The position numbers and the translations under genes are program-made. A stretch of 64,000 bases of DNA from Malacoraja senta (taxonomy: Eukaryota). The notes below the pieces were generated by a model that did no database searches, was not told the DNA's origin, and saw only the letters and a list, made by a program, of their open reading frames with translations. The stretch covers positions 11,162,001 to 11,226,000 of the forward strand of contig CM075988.1 of the NCBI GenBank assembly GCA_038087875.1, in the 5' to 3' direction. Of the stretch, positions 13,561-26,139 are shown in pieces; position 1 is the first letter of the stretch, and the number at the start of each line of letters is the position of its first letter.

Positions 13561-13987
13561 CCTTTCTTAACAAATAATGATGTGATTAGAACTTGATGAG
13601 ATGAGGATTTATGATGGCAGAGATATCTAGAGGATCCAAAATAATGAATCTAATCTATCTGAAAAAGGTCATAAATCATTAGTTTTGTTGTTAATGTGGA
13701 TGCTGGGTTCCACCATTATAGAGACTAGGAATTATCATCGAGCCTGAATCATCGAGTCTGAAGAAGGGTTTTGGCCCGAAACATTGCCTATTTCCTTCGC
13801 TCCATGGTTCTGCTGAGGTAATTTGTCCTTCCATTGCCTTTCCACCCCAGCTGCCTCTGACTTATGCACCTGTCTTGCCTCCTCTAACAGCTCTGCTCTG
13901 CACTGACTCATAATCAGTCATGAAAAAATCTTGGATGACAACTGAAAGCTAATATCACAAGTACCATTTGATCCAAGATATTCATGT

Positions 13988-14270
13988 CTGTGTAGAAAGG
14001 AACTGCAGATGCTGGTTTATCCCGAAGATAGACACAAAGTGTTGGACTAACAGTGTGTCAGGCAGCATCTCTGCAGAGAAATGATGGGTGACGTCTCGGG
14101 TCAGCACCTTTCTTCAGACTGAAAGTAGAGGAGAGGGAACTTGAGGTAAGAAAAGGCCAGAACAAAGCTGGACCGGCAACAGATGAACAAGGAAGAGTGG
14201 AGCACATAATGGTCCATTGTTGGCTGACCAAGGAAGGGTGGGGCCCACAATGGTCCATTGTTGGGTTTTC
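13988..14270 (-). mobile_element. Penelope-derived repeat
   Basis: Terminal unit tgtagaaaggaactgcagatgctgg...ttcttcagact plus upstream body. Confidence 0.75.
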
Positions 14271-15489
14271 TGACTTGCCACGACCTGTTTCCAAAGAGGA
14301 CTACATTGGCTCAACTGAGTGAGCCACATCTTTCTGTTTGTTGAAGGTTCACAGGGGATTAATTTCCTCCAATGACTCCAAAATCAGAGTAAATCTATTT
14401 TTTATTTCAGCAGCTTTTAAGCAAGGTTAGAGAAGCCCCGTTGGGAATGAAAAAGAGCACATGGGACATTAATTGTGTATGAGAAAATTACTAATGTTAT
14501 TAAAAAGGACACAGGCAGCGCAGACCTGAGATGAAACTCTGAACAGCATCTGAGGCTTTTCTTCGTTCAAGCACATTCCCTGATGTTGCGTCTCAGTATG
14601 CATTCTGTTTAACCAACCTCACAACAGCACAGTGATTTTCCTTTGCGGCATCAATGAAAATCAAGAACGATTTCAAAGAAACTACATTACTTTAATTCAA
14701 AACACAAAGGTTGTCAATTTGCTCAGGCACAGTTAATGCTACAGCAAACAGAAGGGGCCTCTGCACAGCAGCTGGGTTATTTCCTGCATTGAAACAAAAT
14801 GGCAACAAGCAAACTAAATACGCCTTCAGTACTGTGGTTTACTGAAGCTGTTAAAACACCATTTGAAATTTTATGCAGCATATTCATTAAAATTTCAGTG
14901 GAAACTAATTCATCATGAAGTGCTGTCGCTGAGAGGAAAGGTCTCTGAGGAATGGAGGATGCAGGCAAGTTAGGATGCTGGTAAATTTTAGTGGTCAAAA
15001 GAGAGGAATCTTCAGTTGCAGTTTGGCAGGAAGACCCAAATATATTTCGAGACAGGGAAGATGGGGCAATGTCACGACAATGGGCATAAATCCACCTTTG
15101 TGGAACATAGAAAATAGGTTGTTTGAAATTGGACTTAATGCATGTGAGGGAATTTTGTTTTTTTGGAGGAAGGGCTGTCTTCAAATTGAAATGAGAAAAT
15201 ATATGTGAAAGTCCAGTGAAAGACAAGTAGGTGGATGAATCGAGACAGTTTGAGTCATGACATCACCTGGTGGAGGAAGCCTGCAACTGCAATGCGATGG
15301 TTTTAGCTTCACAAAATATCAACATGAAAATGTAACGTGAAGATCACAACGTTGGAATTGTATCTGAATGGTGCATGGTTATTTGCAATATTTTGAACAT
15401 ATTAGTTTATTGCCTTCAACTTTGCCTCTAATTAGCATATCTATGTATAATAAAATAGTACATCTATGTGTCAGGATCTGTCACATGGA

Positions 15490-15980
15490 ATTACAAATGG
15501 AAACAGGCCCTTCAGCTCACCAAGTCCACTCTGACATCGATCACCCATTAACACTAGTTGTATGTTAATCCAATTTTGCATCCACTCCTTACACACTCGG
15601 GGCAATTTACAGACACCAATTAACCTACAACCCTAGGTAGACAAAATGCTGGAGAAACTCAGCGGGTAAGGCAGCATCTATGGAGAAGATGCTGAAGAAG
15701 GGTCTCGACCCGAAACGTTGCCTATTTCCTTCGCTCCATAGATGCTGCCTCACCCGTTGAGTTTCTCCAGCATTTTTGTCTACCTTCGATTTTACAGCAT
15801 CTGCAGTTCCTTCTTAAACCTACAACCCCTACATGTCTTTGGGATGTAGGAGGAAACCAGAGCATCTGGAGGAAACCACCGTGGTCAAAGGGAGAGCGTG
15901 CAAACTCCACACAGACGGCACCTGAGGTCAGGATCAAACCTGGGTTTGTGACGCTGTGAGGTAGCAGCTATGTCACTGCA
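15490..15980 (-). mobile_element. HE1-type SINE carrying a nested Penelope-derived foldback unit
   Basis: SINE core and head on the minus strand, interrupted at 15634-15816. Confidence 0.85.
15634..15816 (+). mobile_element. Palindromic Penelope-derived mini-element with 12-bp TSD
   Basis: Arms at about 15636-15689 and 15735-15784 are inverted copies around a hammerhead-like core; aacctacaaccc at 15622-15633 and 15817-15828. Confidence 0.85.
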
Positions 15981-17325
15981 CGAATGTGCTTGGGGACCAT
16001 GAGAAACACACTGCACCTCAGCAGAATCTACAATGGCAAACACATACGTTAATGGTGCATGCTGTTCTTTGATATTTGGTTGATGACATAAAGGCTGTGA
16101 TTATTATTTTATTGCTTTTTGATCGTAAAATTGTACAGGGATTGAATAAAACATAGAAAATAGGTGCAGGAGGAAGCCGTTTGGCCCTTCGAGCCAGCAC
16201 CGCCATTCATTGTGATCATCCACAATCAGTAACCCATGCCTGCCTTCTCCCCATACCTCTTGAATCCGCTAACCCCGAGAGTTCTATCTAACTCTCTTTT
16301 AAATGCATCCAGTGAATTGGCCTCCACTGCCTTCTGTGGCAGAGAACTCCACAAATTCACAACTTTTAGTCGTTTATTCCTACTCTTTGTTTCCTGTCTG
16401 CCAACCAATTCTCTATTCCTACTCTTTGTTTCCTCTCTGCCAACCAATTCTCTACCCCCAATATCATGTGCTCTAATTTTGCCCACTAATCTCCTGTGTG
16501 GGACTTTATCAAAGGCTTTCTGAATGTCCAGATACACTACATCCACTGGCTCTCCTTCATCCATTTTACTTGTCACATTCTCAAAATTCCCAAAGATGAA
16601 TCAAGCAGGATTTCCCCTTCATAAATCCATGCTGACTTGGACCAATCCTTTTACTGCTATCCAAATGTGCCGTTATTACTTCTTTAATAATTGACTCCAG
16701 CATCTTCCCCACCACCGATGACAGGCTAACTGGACTATAATTCTTTGTTTTATCTCTCTCGCTCCTTTCTTGAAAAGTGGGATAACATTAGCTACCCTTC
16801 AATCCACAGGAACTGATCCTGAATCTATAGAACATTGGAAAATGATCATCAATGCATCCATGATTTCTAGAGCCACTTCCTTAAGTACCCTGGGATGCAG
16901 ACCATCAGGCCCTGGGGATTTATCAGCCTTTAGTTCCATCAGTCTACCCAATACTATTTCTCGCCTAATGCAAATTTCTTTCAGTTCCTCTGTATCCCGA
17001 GATCCTCTGTCCTCTAGTTAGTAGGGAGATTGTTTGGGTCTTACTTAGTATAGAGAGAAACAAAGTACCTGTTCAACTCTTCTTCCATTTCGTTGTTCCC
17101 CATAATAATTTCACCTGCTTCTGCCTTCAAGGGATCCACATTTGTCTTTACTATTCTTTTTCTCTCACATATCTAAAGAAGCTTTTATTATCCTTCTTTC
17201 TATTCTTGGCCACTTTACCCTTCTACTTCATCTTTTCACCCCGTATTGCCCTTTTTGTTGTCCTTTGAAAGTTTCCCAAACCTCTGGCTTCCCGCTACTC
17301 TTTGCTATGTTATATCCTTTTCTTT

Positions 17326-18240
17326 TCATTTTATTCCATCCCCAACTTCCCTTGTCAGCCACGGTTGCCTCTTACTCACCTTAGAATCTTTCTTCCTCTT
17401 TGGAATGAAATGATCCTGCATCTTCTGGATTATGCCCCAAAAATCCAGCCATTGCTGTTCCACCATCATTCCTGCTAGGATCCTTTTCCAGTCGACCTTG
17501 GCCAGCTCCACTCTCGTGCCTTCATAATCCCCTTTGTTCAACTGCAACACTGACACTTTTGATTTAACCTTCTCCCTCTCAAATTGCAGATTAAAATTTA
17601 TCATATTATGGTCACTACCTCCTAGCGGTCCCTTTATCTTGCGTTCCCTTATTAAATCTGGTTCATTAGACAACACTAAATCCAGAATTGCCTTCTCTCT
17701 GGTAGGGTCCAGTACAAGCTGCTCTAAGAATCCATCTCGGAGGCACTCTACAAACTCCCTCTCTTGGGGTCCAGAGCCAACCTGATTTTCCCAGTCTACC
17801 TGCATATTGAAATCTTCCATAACCACAGTGGCATTACCTTTGTTACATGTCTATTTTAACTCCTGCTGCAACTTGCACCCTATTTCCAGGCTTCTGTTTG
17901 GGGTCCTGTAGATAACTCCCATTAGTGTCTTCTTACCTTTACAATTCCTCAATTCTATCCACAGCGACTCAACATTTTCAGTCCCAATGTCACTCCTCAC
18001 AAGGGACTGAATTTCATCCCTCACCAACATAGCTACCCCACCTCCTTGGCCCACCTGCCTGTCCTTTCTATAGGATGTAGAACCCTGAATATTCAGTTCC
18101 CAGTCCCAATCCTCCTGCAGCCATGTCTCTGTAATCCCCACAATGTCATATCTACCAATCTCTAATTGAGCCTCAAGCTCATCCACTTTACTTCTTCTAC
18201 TTCGCACATTCATATATAATACTTTTAATCCATTACTCAC
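17326..18240 (-). pseudogene. CR1 ORF2 apurinic-like endonuclease (disrupted)
   Basis: ORFs 17851-18240 and 17326-17826 carry ETWL, DFN, LDLV and SDH motifs. Confidence 0.88.
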
Positions 18241-18419
18241 CTCACTTTCACATTGATTCCTATTTCATTTGGCCATACTCTCCTATCCCTACGTGAGCTT
18301 TCTGTCCCGTTAATTCTGGTGTCTCTCTTAATTTTTCCTTTACTCTTTTTCCCTTTAACTCCATCCTTGTATTTCCAATTTGTCTCCCCCACCACACTAT
18401 TTAGTTTAAACCCACCCGT

Positions 18420-19291
18420 GTAGCTGTGGCAAACCTGCCTGTCAGAATGCTGGTCCCCCGCCAATTAAGGTGCAACCCGTCCCTTTTGTACAAATCACCC
18501 TTATCCCAAAACAGATCCCAGTTGTCTAAGAATCTAATTCCCTGCCCCCTGCACCAGCTCCTCAGTCACACATTCAGCTCCCCTATCTCCCTGTTCCTGC
18601 CCTCACCAGCACGAGGAACTGGAAGCAAACCGGAGATAACCACCCTGGAGCTCCTGCTTCTTCCGAGCTCTCTAAAGTCGCTGCAGAATCTCTTTCTTCT
18701 TCCCGACATCATTTGTGCTGACATGCACTACCACTTCCGGCTTCTCACCTTCATCCTTGAGGATGCCCTGCAATCTGTCTGTGACATCCTGGATCCTGGC
18801 ACCAGGGAGGCAACACACCATCCTTGAATCCCACCTGTTGCCACAGAAACCCCCGTCTGTATCTCTCACTACGGAGTCCCCTACTACCAGGGCTCTGCCT
18901 GAAGTCTGTCTCTTCGACTTTGCTTCAGCGCCACGTTTTGACTCGCAGACCTGTCCGCCACTCAGTCTGGCAGTGTCTTCTGTCCCGACAGCTTCCAAGA
19001 GGGTGAACCTGTGTTCAATAGGTACATCCTCATCACCCATCTTCTCTCTTCTGGTATCTTCAGTGTAACAATCTCGCTGTAGGTCATGTCCAGGAAACTC
19101 TCGTCTTCCCAGATGATCCTCGGGTCATCCAGTTGCCTCTCCAGTGCCCCAACACGGTCCTTCAGGAGCTGAACCTGGACACACTTCCCACAGTTGTAGC
19201 AGCCAGAGGCAGCAGCACTGTCTCTGCCCTCCCGCATCCTGCAAGCATCACACTGAATCAGCTTACTTGTAATTTCTTCACTGCGTCTCAT
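18420..19291 (-). pseudogene. CR1 ORF1: zinc finger, leucine zipper and SGNH/GDSL esterase-like domain (frameshifted)
   Basis: ORFs 18962-19291 (CDAC...CGKC...LERQL) and 18672-19040 (GDS, CLPGA, VVHVSTND). Confidence 0.85.
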
Positions 19292-19639
19292 CCTCTACAA
19301 CTTTTGGTGTAGTCTCCTCACCTCGGCTTCCTCGCCGAAGACTCTCGAGCCAAAGACTCGCACTTTTCTCACAAGGCACTTCCCTTGACAAAGCCCCTCC
19401 CCGACAGGCCGCTCCCTTTCTCAGCCAATTCCTGCACTCACTCCTTCACCTGCCACTCCTTTGCTGAACTTGAACCCAGCAATGCGATATCTGCTTTTAC
19501 TTTTCATGCCTTCTCACCACAATTCTGCACTTTAGCTCCAACAATCTTCCTTCGTGAGTGGAGCCAGTCTTCAGAGTTAATAGAAACTCTTCCCTCTCCA
19601 GCACCAATGATACCCCAGATCCAAGGTTACCCCGACTTT

Positions 19640-19842
19640 GAGTGTAGGGAGGAACTGCAGATGCTGGTTTAAATCAAAGATAGACACAAAAAGCTGGAGT
19701 AACTCAGCAGGTCATTCAGCATCTCTGGAGAAAACGAATAGGTGTCGTTTTGGGTCAAACCCCTTCTTCAGACTTCGACCCGAAATGTCAGCTATTCCGC
19801 TGAATGACCCGTTGAGTTACTCCAGCTTTTTGCGTCTATCCC
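19640..19842. mobile_element. Penelope-derived foldback unit
   Basis: A minus-strand unit is joined to a partial plus-strand copy (gatagacacaaaaagctggagtaactca ... tgagttactccagctttttgcgtctatc). Confidence 0.8.
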
Positions 19843-19854
19843 GATGTGGTGCTG

Positions 19855-20310
19855 CAGAAACTAGATGATGCTTTAATTTATGCACACTCAAAACTCAATC
19901 TCTGATTCATCATCAGCTTGATCACCAAAGCTTACAAGACTTGAACTCAACATGTAGTCTGAAGAAGGGTCTCGACCCGAAATGTCACCCATTCCTTCGC
20001 TCCATAGATGCTGCCTCACCCGCTGAGTTTCTCCAGCATTTTTGTCTACCTTCGATTGTTCCAACATCTGCAGTTCCTTCTTCAGCATGTAGAAGAGAAA
20101 GGTTCTCCGCCAGTTTGTGCCGCTGTACAACACCTCCCTCTGACAACAAAGATTCATGACGAGACCTTGAAAATGCTGGCCACTTCTCAGATTCTGTGGC
20201 TCTGCCTCGCAGAGGAGGTATACATCAATGATGAAATTAATTATATCGTCAGTGCACCAGCACTGTTGTTGGATGATTGAGGAGAAGGGTGTATAAGGAG
20301 CAAACCCACG
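19855..20310 (+). mobile_element. Decayed RTE-clade LINE RT fragment with nested Penelope unit (19958-20085)
   Basis: Cross-frame translation DDA..AHS, KVLRQ, KIHDETL, INDEIN, LRRRV is typical of RTE ORF2; the nested unit is flanked by catgtag (19951-19957, 20086-20092). Confidence 0.65.
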
Positions 20311-20750
20311 GACTCATCTACAGATGGTGCAGGAGTTGCCTGACAAGGCAGATGGATGGATGGCTTGTGAAGTGCTGCGCTCCTTCTGTCGATGTTGCTG
20401 GGCTTCGACGTGTTGCTGAGAGATGGATGTTGGAGTGAACCAGAGAATCTCAAGTCCATTAATTCTAGAGGCACAGCTGCAGAGGCTTTGGACTGTGATG
20501 GCAAAGCCCACAGAGTGAGATGATAATGCATTCGGTTTGGCCTTTCAGAGGAAGATGGACTCACAAGCTTGTTCTTTGAGACTGGTTGTCTCCTGCCTGC
20601 CTGTCTCTCTTAGGGTAATGACATTGATGTCAAAGCGTCTTGAGTTCCCAGGCGACGATACCAGGGAGATGTGTAGGTCTGCCGATGCTCTTTTGGTCTA
20701 TGAGGGCTGTGGTGTTCCAGGTGCTCAACTTTGTATTGCGGAGTCAATAG

Positions 20751-21020
20751 TTTTTTTTATATAAAATTAAATATGCTCAATTATTTACAATAGTATTTGC
20801 ACAACAAACTATAACAATACACACACCACCATAATACAAAATTGTCAAGTATTCCTTGCTACCAAACATCAAATCACTATATTACAATCCTGAACCAGGA
20901 TACAGCCGATGCCCCGCGATGTCCAGCGGTCCCAGAAATACTCCATGTTGTCCGTGGATAATGTGTGTTCTTGTTCAAAGGATACCTGGGCACGAACGTA
21001 ACCCTGGAAGAGGGTTGATG
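20751..21020 (-). mobile_element. Tx1-like (L1 group) LINE 3' end with poly(A)
   Basis: Minus strand translates LFQGYVRAQVSFEQEHTLSTDNMEYFWDRW...IVI-stop, followed by a 3' UTR and an A-run (T-run at 20751). Confidence 0.75.
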
Positions 21021-21269
21021 GTTTCTTTGTGTGGCAACCATAGCACAACAGTTTTCACAGAGTTTTAGTGGCAAAATGGTACCAAGGTTGATTGGAGACC
21101 AGGTTCTGCTGCATAGATATTAATGCTCAGACATTAGTGGGCATGAGCAGGTGCCACCCAACAAGTACACATGGCCACATTATATGGGGATCTGAAAAGT
21201 GGACCAGGTGAGCAGTTTGAATTGGAAACTGGAGACCAGAACAGCGTGCGTGTTTGTGAGAGTGAGAGG

Positions 21270-21775
21270 TGATATCTTGCTGTTGAAGGAGTGCAGCGTA
21301 GGTTCACCAGGTTAATTCCTAGGATGGCGGGACTGACGTATGATGAAAGAACGGATCGACTGAGCTTATATTCACTGGAAATTAGAAGGATGAGAGGGAA
21401 TCTTATAGGAACATGTAAAATTCTTAAGGGATTGGACAGGCTAAATGCAAGAAAAATGTTCCTGATGTTGGGGGAGTCCAGAACCAGTGGTCACACTTTA
21501 AGAATAAGGGGTAGACAATTTTGGACTGAGATGAGGAAAAACGTTTTCAACCAGAGAGTTGTGAATCTGTGGAATTCTCTGTCACAGAAGGCAGTGGAGA
21601 CCAATTCACTGGATGTATTCAAGAGAGAGTTGGATAGAGCTCTGAGGCCGAACAGAATCTCGGGATATGGGGAGAAAGCAGGAACGGTGTACTGATTTTG
21701 GTTGATCAGCCATGATCATACTGAATGGTGGTGCTGGCTCGAAGGGCCGAATGGCTTACGCCTGCACCTCTTTTC
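21270..21775 (+). mobile_element. CR1 LINE 3' fragment (ORF 21291-21695)
   Basis: QRRFTRLIP...VVNLWNSL followed by the CR1 3' UTR. Confidence 0.92.
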
Positions 21776-22239
21776 TGATATTTATATCACAGTTAGTACA
21801 TAACACTATGAACATAATACATAATTCTGTGCTGGTTGATCTGCCGAGCAAAACTCTTGTTCATATTTTTGTCAATATTTCTTACATATTTGTCATTCAT
21901 TATTCAAATACCAGCACGAAAATAATTTAAAAACAGCAAGTTTAGTGTAAGTTGACCTTTATCCATTAAATGCTTTATTTTCAGATTAATTTGTCTGTCA
22001 AAAAAATAACTATGTCACTTGTAATTGTATAAACGTGCTTTGTATGAAGATAAGTCCTTATTCTGACCATGTATCTTGCAGCTGAAATGTTTGGAAGTAT
22101 TTTGCTTCCACAGATTATTTGAAAGTATTGTCACTGTATATTTTTTGGTATAAGCATTCCAGTTGGCATGCAGTAAAGTGATAGGAAGACAAATAATCAT
22201 GGATTTGACTTTTATGATGTTGGCTTCAGGGAGATTGCT

Positions 22240-22432
22240 AAATGGAGAGCTCCATTGCTTTCCGAAACACTGCCAATAATGCCTGGATGTGCTGGTGGGG
22301 GATCGTGTAACAGTTCATCCGCGGAAAGGAATTCTCTTGACAAGTAACATTCCCTCCATAACCTTACTTCAGTGATGCATCACTCTAATCTCTGGAATAG
22401 AACAGACCTCACGACCTTCTGACTGAGAAACA
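22240..22432 (-). mobile_element. Possible ancient Deu-domain SINE fragment
   Basis: taacagttcatccg...tctctggaatag...accttctgactgaga resembles a SacSINE1/AmnSINE-like head and core. Confidence 0.4.
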
Positions 22433-22611
22433 ATTGGAAACATTTCACAGTGCCTTAATATTGCATTCAATAAGAAAACACATTTTCTGACTCTGTTGTA
22501 TGGGCAAATATAAAATTCAACCCAAAGACTACCAAACCTCCTGCTATTGAAAGACGCTTGAAATCCAGTCTTGATGAGTTCATTATTTTACATTGTTTTC
22601 TTAACAACAAA

Positions 22612-22896
22612 GGCAACAGTGGTGCAGAGATATTGTTGCCTCCTAGCACCAGAGACCTGGGTTCAATCCTGACTTTGGGAGCTGTGGGGAATTTATACGT
22701 TCTCCCTGTTTTCTCCAGATGCTCCATTTTTCCTCCCACATTCCGAAGAGCTGCAGGTTTGTAGGTTAATTGGATTCTGTAAATTGCCCCCCTAGTGTGT
22801 AGGACATAGAACTAGCGAACGGGTGATCGATGGTTGTCGTGGACTCGGTGGGCCGAAGGGCTTATTTCACTCTGCAAGTCTCAACTAAACTAAACT
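22612..22896 (+). mobile_element. HE1-type SINE
   Basis: B-box-like gggttcaatcc, core ttcctcccacattcc and (aaact)n tail. Confidence 0.85.
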
Positions 22897-25800
22897 CACA
22901 TTATTTGCTCTGACCTTCATGTTGGTTACCTACACACAAAAAAGCATGCAATAGAACATTCTGAAAACAGGTAGATTAATTTTGTAATGACTGCTTTTTG
23001 CTTTTGGGTTTTGCAGCAGTTTCACCACTTGTCCAGAAATCAATACCGCATGGGAAAGGAAATTGAAAAACTCGTTTCACAGGCAGGTTGGGCCATTGAG
23101 AAAATTGGTTGGTTTAAATTACTAATATTCAATTCGAGAGCATTTATCAGCTAATCTGCCTTACTTGAACTCGTGGAAGAACCTAAAATTATTGACAGTT
23201 GAACGACTGATGGAAAGAATAAGTTACAAGTTGTTTCGTGCTCTGAAATTGTCAAAATATGAGATGAAAGATGTGAGCAAAGAACTCGAACCATGTCCCT
23301 GTGGGAACAGTTACTGCAGCTGAAGTGAGGTGATATCGGTTCAGTAAATGAGCAATCAACCTTAGTGATTTTATGCTAGCTTTTGACTGCCACAACGATG
23401 ATAAATAGGAACAAAAATAAAAGTAACACAAGCAGTTTGGAAGTCTTAATCCCATAACAATTTAAAAATATTTTTGTTATTATTGATCGGTCTGCGGCAG
23501 CTGACAAAGTGAAAGAAATTCCACCTCACATTTCAAATAAATATGTGAATTAATAAATAAATTACTTGCTGTTGCAGGGTTTGATGGCTTTCTGACATTC
23601 CTGGTGATCTTTCTTTGCTTTGATCTCGCGTTTTCAAACGGTAGAAAAATATACCATAAATAAAAGTTCCGTTCTGCAGATGAGATATTAATGTGTTGAT
23701 CAGAACTTAAAGGGTAAATTTAAAAAATGAATGCAGGTTTCCAAACTGACCTGAAATGGTTCTAGTATAATTTGATAGTTTACATTTTACTTCCATATGA
23801 AACATAGGAATATTTTTTTCCTTTGAGTACCTGTGATATAAAGATTGAGCTGCTGACACCTGGTTCCATTGGTTTCAATAGTGGCAAGCAGTAGGAGATG
23901 GGGGGAGGTCATACCCACGTACGATGCAAGTTTTTAATATTGCATTAATCCTTTTGTTTTCCTTTTTTTTCATAAAATGGTACAAATTGACAGATGATGA
24001 AGTTTCAAAATAGATTGGGTTGTTTGATTTATTAATCTAATCTATTTTATTGTAGATGTGAAGTCAGTTGCAGCAGTGGTTTGATCCCAGGGAAGAAGGT
24101 TTAATGCATGTGGTCTTGAGATGGTCTCGAGAGCAGAAAAATATGTTCTTAAAAACAAATCCGATCTGTTCTAATTCCCAATCTCACATTCTTGTTGTGT
24201 CTACTTTTCCCTCTTCAGCTGTGTCAAATTGTATTGTTGAATTTAGACCAACATGCCTTCATTAAAAAATGTACAATTTCTTCATTTGATGTTGGCTAAA
24301 ATGTGCCATTTGATGAAAACTAGTTAATTAATAGTAATTAATTCAGATATATAACATCAGGTCTTTTTTAATTATTGGTGGGAAATGTACAAAAGCATGA
24401 GGAATTTAGAATGCTGCTTTTAACAACATTTCTCATGTAGGTTGGAGGAAAATGTGACAAATGTAGGCAGGTGGATTCACGGTAGTTGGGGCATGTTGGT
24501 CAACATGGGTACATTGGGCCGAATGACCTGTTTCTATGCAGTATGACTAAGTTTGTACATTTGCCCTTTGGAACCCAGTTCCAAAACACAGCCAATATTT
24601 CAGTACATTTGCTATTTGCCATAACAGTATAACTTAACCTTAGCAAAAGCAGTAACGTCCATCAAGGTATCTGCTCAATTTCAATCGTACAAAACCCAAC
24701 TATCGCAAATAGTCTGAGTTGCTGCTACTGTTTGAAGGACCAGAATTTAATTCGGGCCTAACTCAAAAAAGTGATGCAGAAAGAGATTTATTATACTTTT
24801 TTAAAAAAACAGACTTAAATTTGCAAAGAATGTGAATAAAACATTCAGTTGTTGACATCTGCTGTACAAATGCCTTATATTAAAGCTAAAGATGACCTTT
24901 CGTTGTTTGACTGTGTGAGAGAGAAACAGTTTGTTTTTGTGTCTTTTTCTCTGATCTGACTGGGCACATGATATCAAAATGTCTCTTCACATCATGATTT
25001 TTACCGTGGCAACCATTTCCGATTAATCAAAAGCAAATGTTTTTGAAAAAAAATATTAGAACAAGTAGCACTCTGTTCAAGAGTGTTAAATGTTGCCAGT
25101 TTTACACCACTGGTACTTTAAACATACAGGAAGCTATCAGCAGTAACTTTTGTTCTGTGTGGGGAAAGAAAGCGATCTATGAAACATTACTCAGCTAGTG
25201 ATGATTGACTTAAACATCAATTGTAATTATACTCACATACATCAGGAATAAATCAAATATTTACTCCGAGCATCATTTTCATGATCTTAAACTTCCACTC
25301 TGTTTGACTACTGTAAACATTTCCATTTGACATCTTGGCTATATTTTAATGTTTATCCAGCAGTGACTTTGGAATTGAAGAGATTACTGTTCAGGGAGCC
25401 CATTATGTAACTTGAATTACTGAAGAAACTATTTTTGGCACTCCCATCATTTTGCCAAGACCATGTTATAATTTGGGATTTAAGAGAGCGATGAACTGGG
25501 AATCTTTAAAATAAAGCATTCTTGATATCACCAACAAGTGCAGCAAATATTTTTATTTATTTATTCTTAGTTGGTAGTGAGCTTGCTTCGTGAAGGTATA
25601 AAAGTGCATTTTTGGCGACATGGTGAGATTACTTGGAATGGCTGCCAAAAGTAATTGGCAGCCATTCCAAGTTGGCAGCCATCCACATGTTATGGAACAT
25701 CCTGTAGGGGAAAGAGCACTCATCTGCAACAGTGGGGATTGACAATTCAAAACACCCAAGTCTTCTGTTAAAGATGGAAATCCCTCAAATCCCGTGGTGA

Positions 25801-26139
25801 TCTTTGACTTTGTCAATTCAACTGTGATCCAACTATGAAAATCCTGGGCATTGAATCTACACCAGGTTCAGTGATTCTACCCACTTCAAAGAAAAGCAAT
25901 ACCTTTAAGGGAAATAGACAACTTACAGTTTTTTAATAAACTGAATTAGCAAAGACCTTTAAATATATTTTATTCTCGAACATTCATAATTCATTTTAAA
26001 TGTGTAATAGCACCAATCATTAACCTCTAGTCTTTTCTACAGTTAAAGTTGGTGAATATGAATGAAATTGAGAAATATTCCAGTGTCCAACAGTCAAAGT
26101 CTAGGGGCAAGCCTAACCAACTGTCCATGTAATTCTGAG

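Larger units (their letters stand above)
16150..19418 (-). mobile_element. Near full-length CR1 LINE (5' UTR, ORF1, APE endonuclease, partial RT, 3' UTR) with internal deletion
   Basis: ORF1 has CxxC..CxxC, a coiled coil and VVGDSVVR; ORF2 has IVGITETWL, GVIYRTPN, LGGSDH and VYLDIQKAFDKV; it jumps near 16365 directly to VVNLW. Confidence 0.93.

Noticed and set aside
14777..15226. 149-aa minus-strand ORF
   Set aside because: It has no recognisable domain or convincing splice context and is compatible with a chance ORF.
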